Shown here in pieces: positions 49,653 through 61,002 of a stretch of 64,000 nucleotides of DNA. Both the position numbers and the translations under genes were made by a program. The first letter of the stretch is position 1; every line of letters begins with the position of its first letter. The notes beneath the pieces were generated by a model that saw only the letters and a program-made list of their open reading frames with translations, did not search any database and had not been told where the DNA came from. This DNA is from Balanoglossus misakiensis (lineage: Eukaryota > Animalia > Hemichordata). Location of the stretch: contig CM082596.2 in NCBI GenBank assembly GCA_040954595.2, positions 3,145,039 to 3,209,038 on the forward strand. Reading direction: 5' to 3'.

Positions 49653-50647
49653 CTTTGGGTCGGATCGAAGAGGAAGGGTGCAGTGAAATCGCGAGATCAA
49701 ATGCGACTAAAACATTCAATGAGAAATAACATTTGCGCTTTTAGTCTTTGTCAATCGGACACCTGTAGGAGCCTAAACTCGTGTACGTGCTCTGAATCAA
49801 CAAAGCATCTCTATTAGCCTATCGATTATTGCAGCGTTGTGGTCCATTCAAATTCGCGACGTCTTCTCAAACTATTCAAAATTCTTAACAATTGAACGAG
49901 TTCGTTTCTTTGCAGTTTCCCCACATTCATGGTGGTAACAGAAGGATTCTGTCTTGTAAATCTCTGTATTTCTCAAAAAAGCCCAACAATATCACAGACG
50001 GAAACGTACATTGAGAGTAGAGATACAGGTTTCAGTGATCATTCTCTGACAGACCCTACCTCTTTGCTTGCACGTTTATAAAATGGTGTCCCTCCCGATC
50101 AAAGCGGGAATCGTTGTTTTCAAGCACAGTATCTTTGTACGCGAGTTTCTTACTGTTCATCAGCATGCCATCTGTACGTTTCAGGGAGCGACTGTAATGA
50201 CTATTCCAGGAAAGAGACAGCGAGCAAACAATATGTATACGTAGCCATATCTACTTAAAAACCAAGGAGCGCATGCGTTTGAATATTGACAACTTTTAAT
50301 TCTGCTGAGGCATAGTTATGTAATAGGTCTAAAAGACTAAAGGGCTCCAACACTGACAGATCTGAGAAAATGAAATATCACATATTCAGTTCCTGTTGTA
50401 CTAAGGTCATTTTAGGAGAAGCGCTTCTGACTATGGTACCCCGTGACAGACGTAACATGTAAACTTTGCGTATTTAAAACGTCAGGCAACGTAAATAGAC
50501 TGTGCACGGCCTAATACATGTATTAGAACTGTATACTGTTTGGTGTCTTAATCTTGGTAAATACTAGTTCATTTAATTCTCCGTGTAAATGTGCGCGTCT
50601 CAACTTTCCGTTGCCAGGACAAACACCACTCCACTGTAAGTTCATGT

Positions 50648-52847
50648 TCATTTCCGCTTGAATCCTGAATGAGTGAGAGAAAATACCAAAAGTTTATATA
50701 ATTTTACTTTTGGTCACTACAGACAGGGTAAACTCGAGTTTTGATGACATGTTCATTGTTCTGTTTAATTATTTTAAAAAGAGATAAATGCTTAACTTAA
50801 ACAAAATTAATTTAACGCATTGTGTCTCGGACCCACCTCTGGCGGACGACGGCTGGAAGACGTACATTGCGTACAGGGTCATAAGGAAGTTGTCGTTCAT
50901 GTACGCCTGTATATGGTCCTTGTGGAGTGAAATTTGTTCTTCAGAGAGACAGATATCCTGGTTCATTAGGTCTTCCATCTTTCCCCACGCCTTGGGGAAA
51001 GTTTTCTCAGTGTAACTCGTGGGCCGCGGTTGGATGAGCGGCAAAACCCTGGCGTTTGAACTCAAAGTGATGCCAAGTTTTTCTGTAGGAAAATGAAGAT
51101 CATGAGATACTATAGATTTCTTGAAATTGTGCGCTAAGATGACACAAATTTACTGAAATGAAGATTTCCGGGTTTTCAGTCGTGATAACTGGTGAGCCGG
51201 CTTTTGTGCTGTTCGTATAAAAGCTCTTGGAAAAACATGGCCACCTATTTCACCCACAAAACTTCCGCCAACTTCTAGGCCAATAGACCAAAAATCGCCA
51301 ATCTCATGTGTTTCACTCTCGTATACCAATCCAATCTTAGAAACATGCCAACCCCCTACCCGTTTTCCCGGGTAAAAGTTTTTCCTCATAATTTGAGAAA
51401 CGTGTAGTATGATAACAATTATAATGTCAGTCTTTTTGACATCTGTCGAGCTAATCACTTTCGGTTATAAAATAACCAAAGTACACCCACCCAACTGCCG
51501 TGTCAAATGTATGCCTATCCTGTCCTCGTTATCGATCACCTTGGCAAAACAGTCCTCGCAGTGACAGAGGAGAATGACTCTGTCGAATTTTGGAAACCGG
51601 TTGAACCACAGCATCCGGGCTATTTTGACACAGTAAAGATTGAACATGTTGTCGACCCCGTAGCTTCTCAGCGTCTTGGCTTGGAGGGCGTCCTCCGCCG
51701 TATGCGACCCCGCCCCTTCGCAGAGTTGCAAGGTGGGGAACCCGTTGACGAAATACGTCTGGATGCTGGCGAGCTCGCTCTGTCTGCTGCTGTCTGCGGA
51801 AAATAAAGGCCTGGACACTTCCACGGTGAAGTGTCGATCCCACTGGATTACCCGGTTCGCCAGGAACGGGTTGCAGTGGAGATCTTCCTTCGCGTCACCT
51901 CTCTGTCCGATAACTAGGACGTTTGAGTCTCGCCCTGTCCGCAGCGTTCCCCACGGACTCGGTATCAGCGGCAATTTCATAAGATAGTCCTCAATACAGT
52001 CTACCTGGTCCGAGTTGAATTCTTCAAATACGGAAAATATCCGACGATCCTTGGCCAGTTTCAAGGCCCACTTATCTCCGAATTTCCACTGTTTTAGCCA
52101 AATGTCGGCGATGACCTTGTCTTTCATATGTCTGGATTTTCGGTCACCGTATATTACGATCAGTATTGAACCTGAAATATTAAATTTGTGGGTTAAAGGT
52201 CGTGTAGAGAGCAGTGGGAGACAGAGAACATTTTTATTTTAATTTTAATTTTAAGCAATCATCCTTCTATGACCACCAACTTAATATGCCCTGTCTTTGT
52301 CAGGCCCTTTGCACTTGCTTCGGGGAATGCAAAACAAGTTTTTCTGATTGCAGTAGGCAAATACGATAAATTACCAGAGCTCGATAGGTTTGGTATTTCC
52401 GTCATGGCGAGACAAGACGGAAGTAAAACGATGGATTTTCTTGTGGATGGGGCAAATGATTCGGCAGAAGTGTGACCAGACATTTTTTGTGTCTAATCTG
52501 CCTCTGGTTTGAATGACAGGGAGTATACCTTTTGGCTTGGTCGATGTCCGATGCAACATGTCTAGCTCCTGCCTGTGGTCGATACTTCTGTCACGTCTCT
52601 CGGGTCTCAGACAGACCCGGCTTTGCCTGGCGTCGATGACAACGACCGCTGTGGACGTGGCGTACCTGGCCAGCGTTGTTGCGCGCTGTTTCTCGTCCGC
52701 GGCTCGGAAGCTATCTACCGTTGTCATGCCGTTCAAGTTCTCGTTTCCTTCGACCACCGCTTCCAGCAAAGCTTTCACGTTTTCTTCGGCGGCTTTCTGG
52801 AAGGATTTCAGTTTCGCAAACACGAAAATTCGGTGTCTTTCCGCCAT
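50648..52847 (-). CDS. Uncharacterised protein, paralog A: TIR-like alpha/beta N-domain plus degenerate IFI44-like P-loop domain, ~420 aa, 4 exons
   Basis: Exons 52847-52529, 52171-51491, 51082-50837 and 50664-50648, with all phase-1 GT-AG introns at positions matching paralog B. It shares long motifs with B (VVVIDARQSRVCL, TSTKPKGSIL, LWFNRFPKFD, NARVLPL). The last exon (GFKRK*) is the least certain; read-through to 50769 is the alternative. Domain names are inference. Confidence 0.8.
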
Positions 52848-54037
52848 TCTTTGAGTGTGTACGTCTCTTCTACCCTCTAGCGTAGACCCTGGGTTTCTAC
52901 GTAGAACCCGGATCGTGTCACACACACACTCACTGTTCCAAGACGAACTGAAACCGTTTGCTTATTTTAGTCTGGTAACTAGTTGGACATTGAATTCCTG
53001 TCAAAGTTTACAGCACAAGCATATACGCATAAACGCTTTCTCTTGAAGAGCACATTAAATCATATATCGCCTTCTGTGACTTGTGTCATTAGAAAAAATT
53101 AATCAGGTACGTGCTGCCTCCCGTAACCATAGACATGACAGAATTAACATGCAGCTTTAGGCTGCCGGACAGATTCCAATAAATCATATGGAACAATAAT
53201 TGATCATTGGTTGATAACCATAACAGTTGTTTTTGGTATAGGCGCAAACAACGCCTTCTTATCTGCCAAGCGAAATAACTGCAAGGCACTTGAAACGCCG
53301 TTCATTTCTGTGTAACCATGCATGTATGTACATTTTCTGTAAGGAGAATCAGCTTTCTGTCAACGACACGATAAGAACATTTTATCATATTAATCATATA
53401 TTGACTCTTGCTGTAAATAATATTTTCGCAACCCGACCTTATTGATTGACATATTTCTATAGTAAACGTTCATTACGCTATCTGAAGGAAAACTTTCTTT
53501 CCGAGTCTACGAACTGCCTGTATGTCCGCCTGTAAAATAGAACCCCTATAGGGTGACATCTTCACCTCGGTTTACCGCATGAATAGGTTCAAGCCCCTGG
53601 GTCCATGCACACAATAAAGCAACCAGGTCAAAAAAGTAGTCGCTATACAGCTGACATATCTTTGCCCGTTAGAGAGAGCTATAGTTAATCGAAACATTAA
53701 AAACTTTGCTTTACAGTCAAGTAAAAAAGAAATACTTTGAAAATACACCTCGCTGAAACACCCCATGTCAGAAACCTATATCGGACCTTCTAGGTTACTT
53801 TAAAGATATCATATTTTTGACGTCACGAGATATTTTGGGCCAAGATACCAGTGGCAAATACAATTCCCGAGCATTTGGACTATGGACGATTACTGATAGT
53901 TTAACAATCACTGGGTAAATGTTGGCTGGAGTGGAACTTTGGTCGCATTAAGTGGCCTGCTTCTCGCACAAAAGGACTGTGTTTAGCTAAATATAACGTA
54001 TGGGTCAATTTTCCACTGCACCGCACCTTGATGATCG

Positions 54038-54047
54038 GGGGATTTCC
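54038..54047 (+). promoter_or_regulatory. Consensus NF-kB site GGGGATTTCC upstream of the IFI44-like ATG
   Basis: Exact GGGRNWYYCC match about 75 bp upstream of ATG 54122, in the divergent region between paralog A and the IFI44-like gene. It is a short motif and could be chance. Confidence 0.35.
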
Positions 54048-54121
54048 TTGTCTAATTCGAGGTGATTAGATCCTGTTCTATTCATGGTTAGACGCGGTTG
54101 CGGACTCGCGATATTTTAAAC

Positions 54122-56481
54122 ATGAGTCGTCACAGTGCTCCAGTGCTACCAGCGAAGATGAGCGAATCAGGGATATACGTGACGATGAGGGGGTTCCACG
54201 CAGCGGGTTCGGGACTGCCCATGTACGTGCGCTACGCCAGGGGCGACCCAGTTGCGATTCGCGTCGATTGCCACGAGGACGATACCATACACGACCTGGC
54301 CAAGAAGCTGATCCTCCGCTCGAAGGATTTCGGGCTGGACCTGGCCGGGATCAGGCTCAGGGAAGGCAACGTGGCCGTATACATACTCGGGAAAGACGGC
54401 GTCGTGCTCCCGGGGAGAGACAAGCTGTCGCCGAGGAAGCTTCTTAAAGAAGTACAAGAGTACGACTTGGAATTTGAAACAGGTGAGAATAGTGTTGTAT
54501 CATCATTACACGGACAGACACTTTATAAACATTTTACAGCAAAGCATTTCTGTGTTCAACATTTCACATATACTGGCCACTGACAAAAATCTGAGGGGGA
54601 GGGGCAAACATGACAAAACAAGTACAGTATGTCCGTTTATTCTTGTGCAAACTTTTCTGATACATACATACTGGTATGAACTGTAATTATTTCCGTGTGT
54701 GCGCACTGAAACCTATGCATCTCTTGCTGTTTACAGATTTATGCGATGTGGTCGTCACCCACGCCGAGACCAGCGCCGTCTTCCCGTGCATCAAGACAGA
54801 GACGTTCGGTGACCTGGCGCGGAAGATAGAGACCAGAATTGCGGCTTTCAACTTCCAGGAGACGTATTTGATTGAACTGAGGGGGCAGCTCAAGACGGGC
54901 AAGTTGAGAATTTCAGAATATTCCGCCGTTGGCCGCAAGAGTAAAGTGATCAGCCTGACAAGAAGGATCGGGGATGTGGGCGACAGGAAGTTTTCTTTCT
55001 TCGTAGAGCAACCGAAGAAAGCCATTACTTGTGGTAAGTTGGTCACCACCAGTTCGAATCAAAATGATCAGCCTGGATGCATTTGCGGGTGTCCAGAATG
55101 TAAAATAATGTCAACCCATTGAATTTCGGTCGGAAGATATTTATAGTGTCTTTATATAACTTGACAAAGGAAATACAAATAACTGAAAAAAAAATCTAAG
55201 TGAGGGGGCGAGTTAGTCTTGTTTCAACCGGTCACATAAGCCTTTAACCCCCTCCCCCAATAAATGACACGTCATTTACCGAAATTGCATTCTTTATTGC
55301 AGCTGATATCAAGGAAAACCTGTGTGGGCAAAACGTAGTTTTCTTTGGTCCCCCTGGCAACGGTAAATCATCGACGATAAACACATTTGCCAAGGTAAGC
55401 TACTAAGTATTTCCGCATATGATCTCAGAATTCGTCACCTTCGGTCGGACTTTTTAGCGACGCGTGGGGGCGCGCAACAGCAGACTCAGGGAAAACGTGA
55501 ATATGGTGTTGATATTGTATGGATCGTGTTGAAATACCATTATATGTTTATAATTGACGCCTTTGTCATATAGAAATATTCATATGGGAGATACTACATA
55601 CTGTATACTCTCGAGTCCATTAGCTGAAATTGGATAAATTCAATGCCTGTCTTGGCAGACTTTCCAGAAGTTGACGATATGTGAATTCTTCGAAATGTCA
55701 TGCCTCGTAATAATCCGATTTTTTGCCTTTCTGGCTTTGTTTTAGGCTTTAGGTGGAGTCTATCGCCCTCTGGCAAATACCTATCAATTACGCGGCCCTG
55801 GCACTAAAGTATTCAAACCGTACACATTCACAGTCGAGGAGAAATCGTTCTCTCTCTGCGACGTGCCCGGTGCGGCTTTCCAAACCAGTGACGATTATGA
55901 CCCCACCAAATTCATCCAAAGGATTCTCGACGGCAAACTGCCCGCCGAAAAGCCCCTGGACTACAAGCACAAGTTCTACAAGCGCGGTTTTGGAAAAGCC
56001 CATTGCATCGTGTACATCCACAAATGGGACGCAGAGTTGGACGAACTTCACAGGTTTTTAGTCGATGAGGCCGCTGTACGAGGTGAGATGTTTTAGGATA
56101 ATTTGGGGCTGTGTGGTTTTTATGCAAAACGCAAATTGAAATACGAAGACTTTTATCTAAGGATGAAAATGATTTCATGCCTCATCGTCTTTTTCCATAG
56201 GAAGCGGTATTCCAGTGGTTGTCATAGTGACTCATATCGACCTCGCCCCAGACGACCCCGACCTTATCGCCGAGAAATGCGATCAGCTGGCCGAGATCAT
56301 GGGTATTGACGTCGCAAATGTGTTCACCGTATCGAACTTTGACCACGAGGCATCACACGAAGACCAACTGAGGGATGCGCATGCTCTGCAGTTGCTCCAC
56401 AAGATCCTGGCGTCGGCGAAGTCTTTCTGTGACAGAGGAAAGGTCAAAGTGACCGCAAAGGTCAGAGCGGCCGATAAATGA
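54122..56481 (+). CDS. IFI44-like P-loop GTPase with two N-terminal ubiquitin-like domains, ~455 aa, 5 coding exons
   Basis: Exons 54122-54482, 54737-55033, 55303-55394, 55746-56082 and 56201-56481 join in frame. Motifs: G1 NVVFFGPPGNGKSSTINT, G2 GPGT, G3 LCDVPG, ILDGKLP, HCIVYI, G4 IPVVVIVTHID, and VFTVSNF...DAHALQLLHKIL, which together fit the IFI44/IFI44L pattern. AATAAA at 57024-57029. Confidence 0.85.
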
Positions 56482-58071
56482 CCCGCGTGCTGTCACCGTA
56501 GCGACAGCTGAAACAGATAGAGACTGACACCATATAGAAAAAGGGGTGTTTTCTACCTGGATGTGCTTACAGGTACCCGAGAACGAGTCTTGACCACTAC
56601 GCCCCCGGACTCGGTCAGTTCTCGGGTACCTCAGTATGGATGTGGTGATCACTTAGAACCCTTTTCCTAAATGTGTGGACATTGTACATTAACATTTTCA
56701 TTCATTTACAACACACGCATGGCGATTTTTTATCTATTGCAACAGGTTACACTAGGTCAGATACCACGTGATAAACTAGCAGAGCGAGATAATGATGGCC
56801 ACGAGTACTTTGACAAATAGTTCACTTAACAAGCAAACACGTTTGATTGATGGACTGTTGCATGTTATGACCTATTGCATGGGTCGTTCAATTCCATCCA
56901 GTACGGGTACACCTCGCTTTAGACCAATCAGTACTCGTAATCCTGTATTTTTGTACATAGCAGCTTTTACCAAAGAAGATAGACAGTACGGTATTTAAGA
57001 AACATTGATTTGCGGTATCCTTTAATAAAATGAGTTTTGCATCTGTCGTTTGTGTGGGGCTGACATGATTTGTACTGTTTGAACGGCCTGCAGGGACGTA
57101 TATTTTCCTGCATGTTGTTACGTCTGCGTCGATAAGTGTAGCACAGTCTCATATATCGTGTATCATATGCTGCTGCTGAGATATGTCCGTTATCATCATG
57201 TCCACGAGTTGCTTGGCAACTGGTCACGTGACAGTCGCAGTCTCCAGTCGAATCTCCCGGCGATGTCGTTTATTGACAAGATTCGATGAGTACATTGTCG
57301 GCTTCTCCCATAAAATTTATATTTCAACAGTAAAATGATAACATTTATGTTCAAAATACATGTACACGAATATGCATGCGTTAATGTCATGCGGCTGTTT
57401 TGCATTCCGGTACTTTGCGATGTAAAAACACCTGCAAAGCGAAACTGGGCAACAATATTGACATGCTTGATTAATTGGGTTAGTATGAAATAATTGAACC
57501 AAGCTTTTGTGCCATGGCCGGCCGTCTAATAAGAGAGAAACAAAAGACTATTGCTTTTGTTCAGTTTCACAAATTCCTAAATTACACAGAATAATCAGAC
57601 GCCGAGTTTTAGGCTCAATAAGACACACATATCTGGTCTTGGTTAACTGAATTATTTATTCGCCTTTCGGTTCACTGGTTCCATCTCATGCCTTCTTGGA
57701 AGACGCACGTTCATTGCTGCTGCCGCGCATCTGACAAACCTACGGTTGCCATGGACACATTTTCTTTGGAGTGATGCCAAAAGTGGTTAATACCAACACC
57801 GCACACGCTAAATTTTGTATTATTTAAATGACATACTGTATAGTAAAGTAAAGGGCAGCCACCATGCTATCCACAGTCGTGAAGGCACGCTGATATTTAT
57901 ATGCGCACTGTGGTCCATTTTTAGAGAGCGAAAATAGAACGAGTTCGCATTCTTTACGGTGGCTGCTGATCTAAATTTAAAACAGGGTCATTATCACACG
58001 CTGTAAAACAAAGAAAACATACAGAAAAGTCCACAATTATTGTCATGATGATAATATTCACAGAATGACCA

Positions 58072-58779
58072 TCATTTCCCGCTGAGGTACTGCTTTATCG
58101 CGGCCGCTCCGTTCCTACACACATCCATCGGGGGGTTCTCCATCGGGTTGCCGTCCACCATGATCTTCTTCAGCTTGGGGAGTTTCGTTATGGCGCTCGG
58201 CAGCTCGGAGATGTTGTTGTCCTGCGCCCAGATCTCTTCCAGTTGCGGCATGCTGGCGATGCAGTCGGGAAGGGCCGTCAGCTGGTTGTCGTTCACGACC
58301 AAGACCTTGAGGCACCGCAGGCTGGCGAGGTTCTCCGGCAGCTCCGTGAGTTTGTTGTGGCGCATGTAAAGCTCCTCGATTTCGGAGCCGCTCAGCGCCT
58401 CCGGGAATTCCTCGAATTCGTTGCTGTCCAGCCAGAGCTCACGGAGGTTCAGCAAACGGGAGATGTTCCGCGGCAGTGACCTCAGCCGGTTTCCCCGCAG
58501 GTCCAACACCCTCAGCTCGCGCAACTCACAGACGACTTCTGGTATCTCCTCCAGACCGTTCTCGCTGAACGTGAGGCTCTCCAGCCGCTTGAGATGCACG
58601 ACATCATTCGGCACGTCCACAATGTTGTTTCCCTTTAAACTGAGGCCCATTAAATTCCTCTGTCCGTAGACTGCCTTCGGGATGACTGTGAGCCGCGAGT
58701 TGTCCAGGTCGACACACACGCCGAGGTCTCCCTGGTTGTTGATGAACGGCTCAAAGAACAGCTTGTGTCCATCAGACAT
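58072..58779 (-). CDS. Stand-alone intracellular leucine-rich-repeat protein, 235 aa, intronless CDS
   Basis: ORF with about 8 LRRs (e.g. LRVLDLRGNRLRSLP, LRELWLDSNEFEEFP, LKVLVVNDNQLTALP) and C-cap GNPMENPPMDVCRNGAAAIKQYL. GC-rich codon usage; no signal peptide or TM segment is apparent. Confidence 0.92.
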   Translation of the reverse strand: MSDGHKLFFEPFINNQGDLGVCVDLDNSRLTVIPKAVYGQRNLMGLSLKGNNIVDVPNDVVHLKRLESLTFSENGLEEIPEVVCELRELRVLDLRGNRLRSLPRNISRLLNLRELWLDSNEFEEFPEALSGSEIEELYMRHNKLTELPENLASLRCLKVLVVNDNQLTALPDCIASMPQLEEIWAQDNNISELPSAITKLPKLKKIMVDGNPMENPPMDVCRNGAAAIKQYLSGK

Positions 58780-59124
58780 TTTGAGCTGATTTTCTCCTCC
58801 AAGCCCGTTTTATGATTGATAGAGCGCGTTGTTCTGGCTCTCTCCAGCACCTGTTGGTGACGATGTGCGCACAAAATAATAACGAGCCTCTTGCTTGAAG
58901 TTGAAACCAACCGATGTCCTGGATGCGATGATGTATTCCTGACAAGTTGGGTCTTCTCGGAGATCCACGTTGCAAATGCTGTTCTCGCACGTCTTATCAG
59001 CGCTCAAATTATCGCGTCACCAAAATCAGCATAAAATTGTGTCCCGTACTCTAGAAGGTGTGGTCATGATATAAAAGTCATTATTTTGTGCTCCGACATC
59101 TCCACTCTTTAAAAAAAAACGCCT

Positions 59125-59170
59125 GATATATATCCCAACACGATGTCACTTTCACTTGTCGGTTTCACGC
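59125..59170 (-). promoter_or_regulatory. IRF-element-like AAGTGAAAGTG next to a TATA-like tract upstream of the LRR gene
   Basis: Plus-strand cactttcactt at 59147-59157, a further GAAACC half-site at ~59161-59166, and gatatatatc at ~59125-59134. Confidence 0.35.
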
Positions 59171-61002
59171 GCAGTCTCACAAACGTCTAAATGCTGCACA
59201 CAAATTCGGTTTCAACCCCAGCGCTTGAACTTTGCGACACAGACAGATAATATCAGGCAGAGTCCGACACTGCTGACACATTTATGGGATTGATGATGTG
59301 TAACACGCGGAGGCCTCGCAAACTGACCCCAACCCGATCAGAGTTATGTTAATATGTCAGCCAACAAACGCTAAACCGTTAATTCAATGACCTCCTAATG
59401 GATGACCGAGCACGTATACGTGTTAATGGTCCAATGGAATTGTAGGAAATGAAATTTGTAAATGTGGTCCGTTCTGACAAAATTGACGGCTGTGATTCTA
59501 ATATTTCGAGAAGTTCATGGTGCCATTTTAATCATTTCCCCATCAAATCGAAAATAAACATACTCGATGTGAAAGGGACTCAAATGATACGGGCACGAAC
59601 GTATTACATGTACACCTTCTATGAAACCGCGATTTTCCAATTATTAAATGTTTGAAAACGACAGTGTAATCTCACTAATGAATATTTTAGTAAGTATTCG
59701 TGCATGTACTTATACCGGCCTCAGTATTACTCTATTACACTACTTACTAGACCTGATGGTATCTCGACAGGTATGGTTACACGCTCCTGCGCGGGGAACA
59801 TGCGCATTGTATGATGTCAGAAAGCCACAACATATTATGGAGTCGTTTACATGTTTCCATAGAAACGTACAGCAAATTAATGATGGAAGATGTAGGAGCA
59901 AAGTGAGTATTTCTTTTACGACACATTAATTTAGTTTTATGACATGAGTAATCTCATTCGGAACCAAGTCGTTTTTCTGCGGATATTTTTAATTTTTATA
60001 TCCCATGGCATGACGAAAAATTCTTACGAGATTCACGAGCTTTTCCGCTTAGTTTTTATATCAGTGCAGGACGTTATTATATATTAGCTGGAATATGTAG
60101 CCAAAACATCTGTACCACCAGAATGCGGAAACTTGTAAATTGTGGATAGTCGTCCATCGATGTGAATTGAATTGTGATTGCAGTCGTTTCGCATATACCT
60201 GTACAACATAAATAAGCTGTCAGTAATACATGTAACGGCCTCGTTGATCCATGTATGTTCATGATGTTATACCTGTATCTTGCAGTAATTAGTTATTCAA
60301 TTATTCATGTGACGTAATAGTACTTACCTTCAATTGGTTGATCTTAATTATATGCAAACCACCTGGAAGTTTCATTTGACCAATGAACACAAGCTAATCT
60401 GGCACTATGATGTAGTTGCTGATATAAAAGGACATTGTGCATAAAATTGGTCAGTTCACCTCTGTAGCCAGACCGGCCACACACGTTGGAACTGACATGT
60501 ATTTGTTCCATTTCAGGTTAGTTTCCTTGTACCTTATTATCTGTTGCTTGAAGCTTTGTATTTTGGTGCATTCTACCGACTCATTTCAGCACAAGTAATT
60601 GGTGTCTTGAACTTGCGTCAATTTTCCAATTGTATTTCTGTATTTTTCACTTGCATGAATTTTGGTGTATTCTGTTGGAGGTGAACTCCCATACATGTGT
60701 GTAATTTAGCAGTTCACCTCTGTAGCCAGACCGGCATAACATACTGTATATGGCAATAACCTCAATAATGTTAGAAGTGAATGATGACACCACGATATGC
60801 AGTCTATTCCCTTCAATGCAAGTCTGATCTTTCTTCAATGTTTGTCGCTGATGGCGCCTCATGTGCCTGTGTACGCAGGGGTTGCATAGGGCCGTTTGTT
60901 GATAGACATGTTAACGATGGCCAATCTTCGGTCATCTCGGGACGATGACAATAGCGCCACCGTATAAACCACAGTTAACTTCTTACAAAGCCGGACTCCG
61001 AA

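Noticed and set aside
51150-52483. ORFs 51150..51458, 52259..52483 and 52269..52475
   Set aside because: They lie within introns of paralog A and have no counterpart in paralog B.
54122-58779. A single Roco (LRR-ROC-COR) gene made from the LRR and GTPase ORFs
   Set aside because: The two ORFs are on opposite strands, no COR domain is visible, and the GTPase motifs fit IFI44-like rather than ROC.
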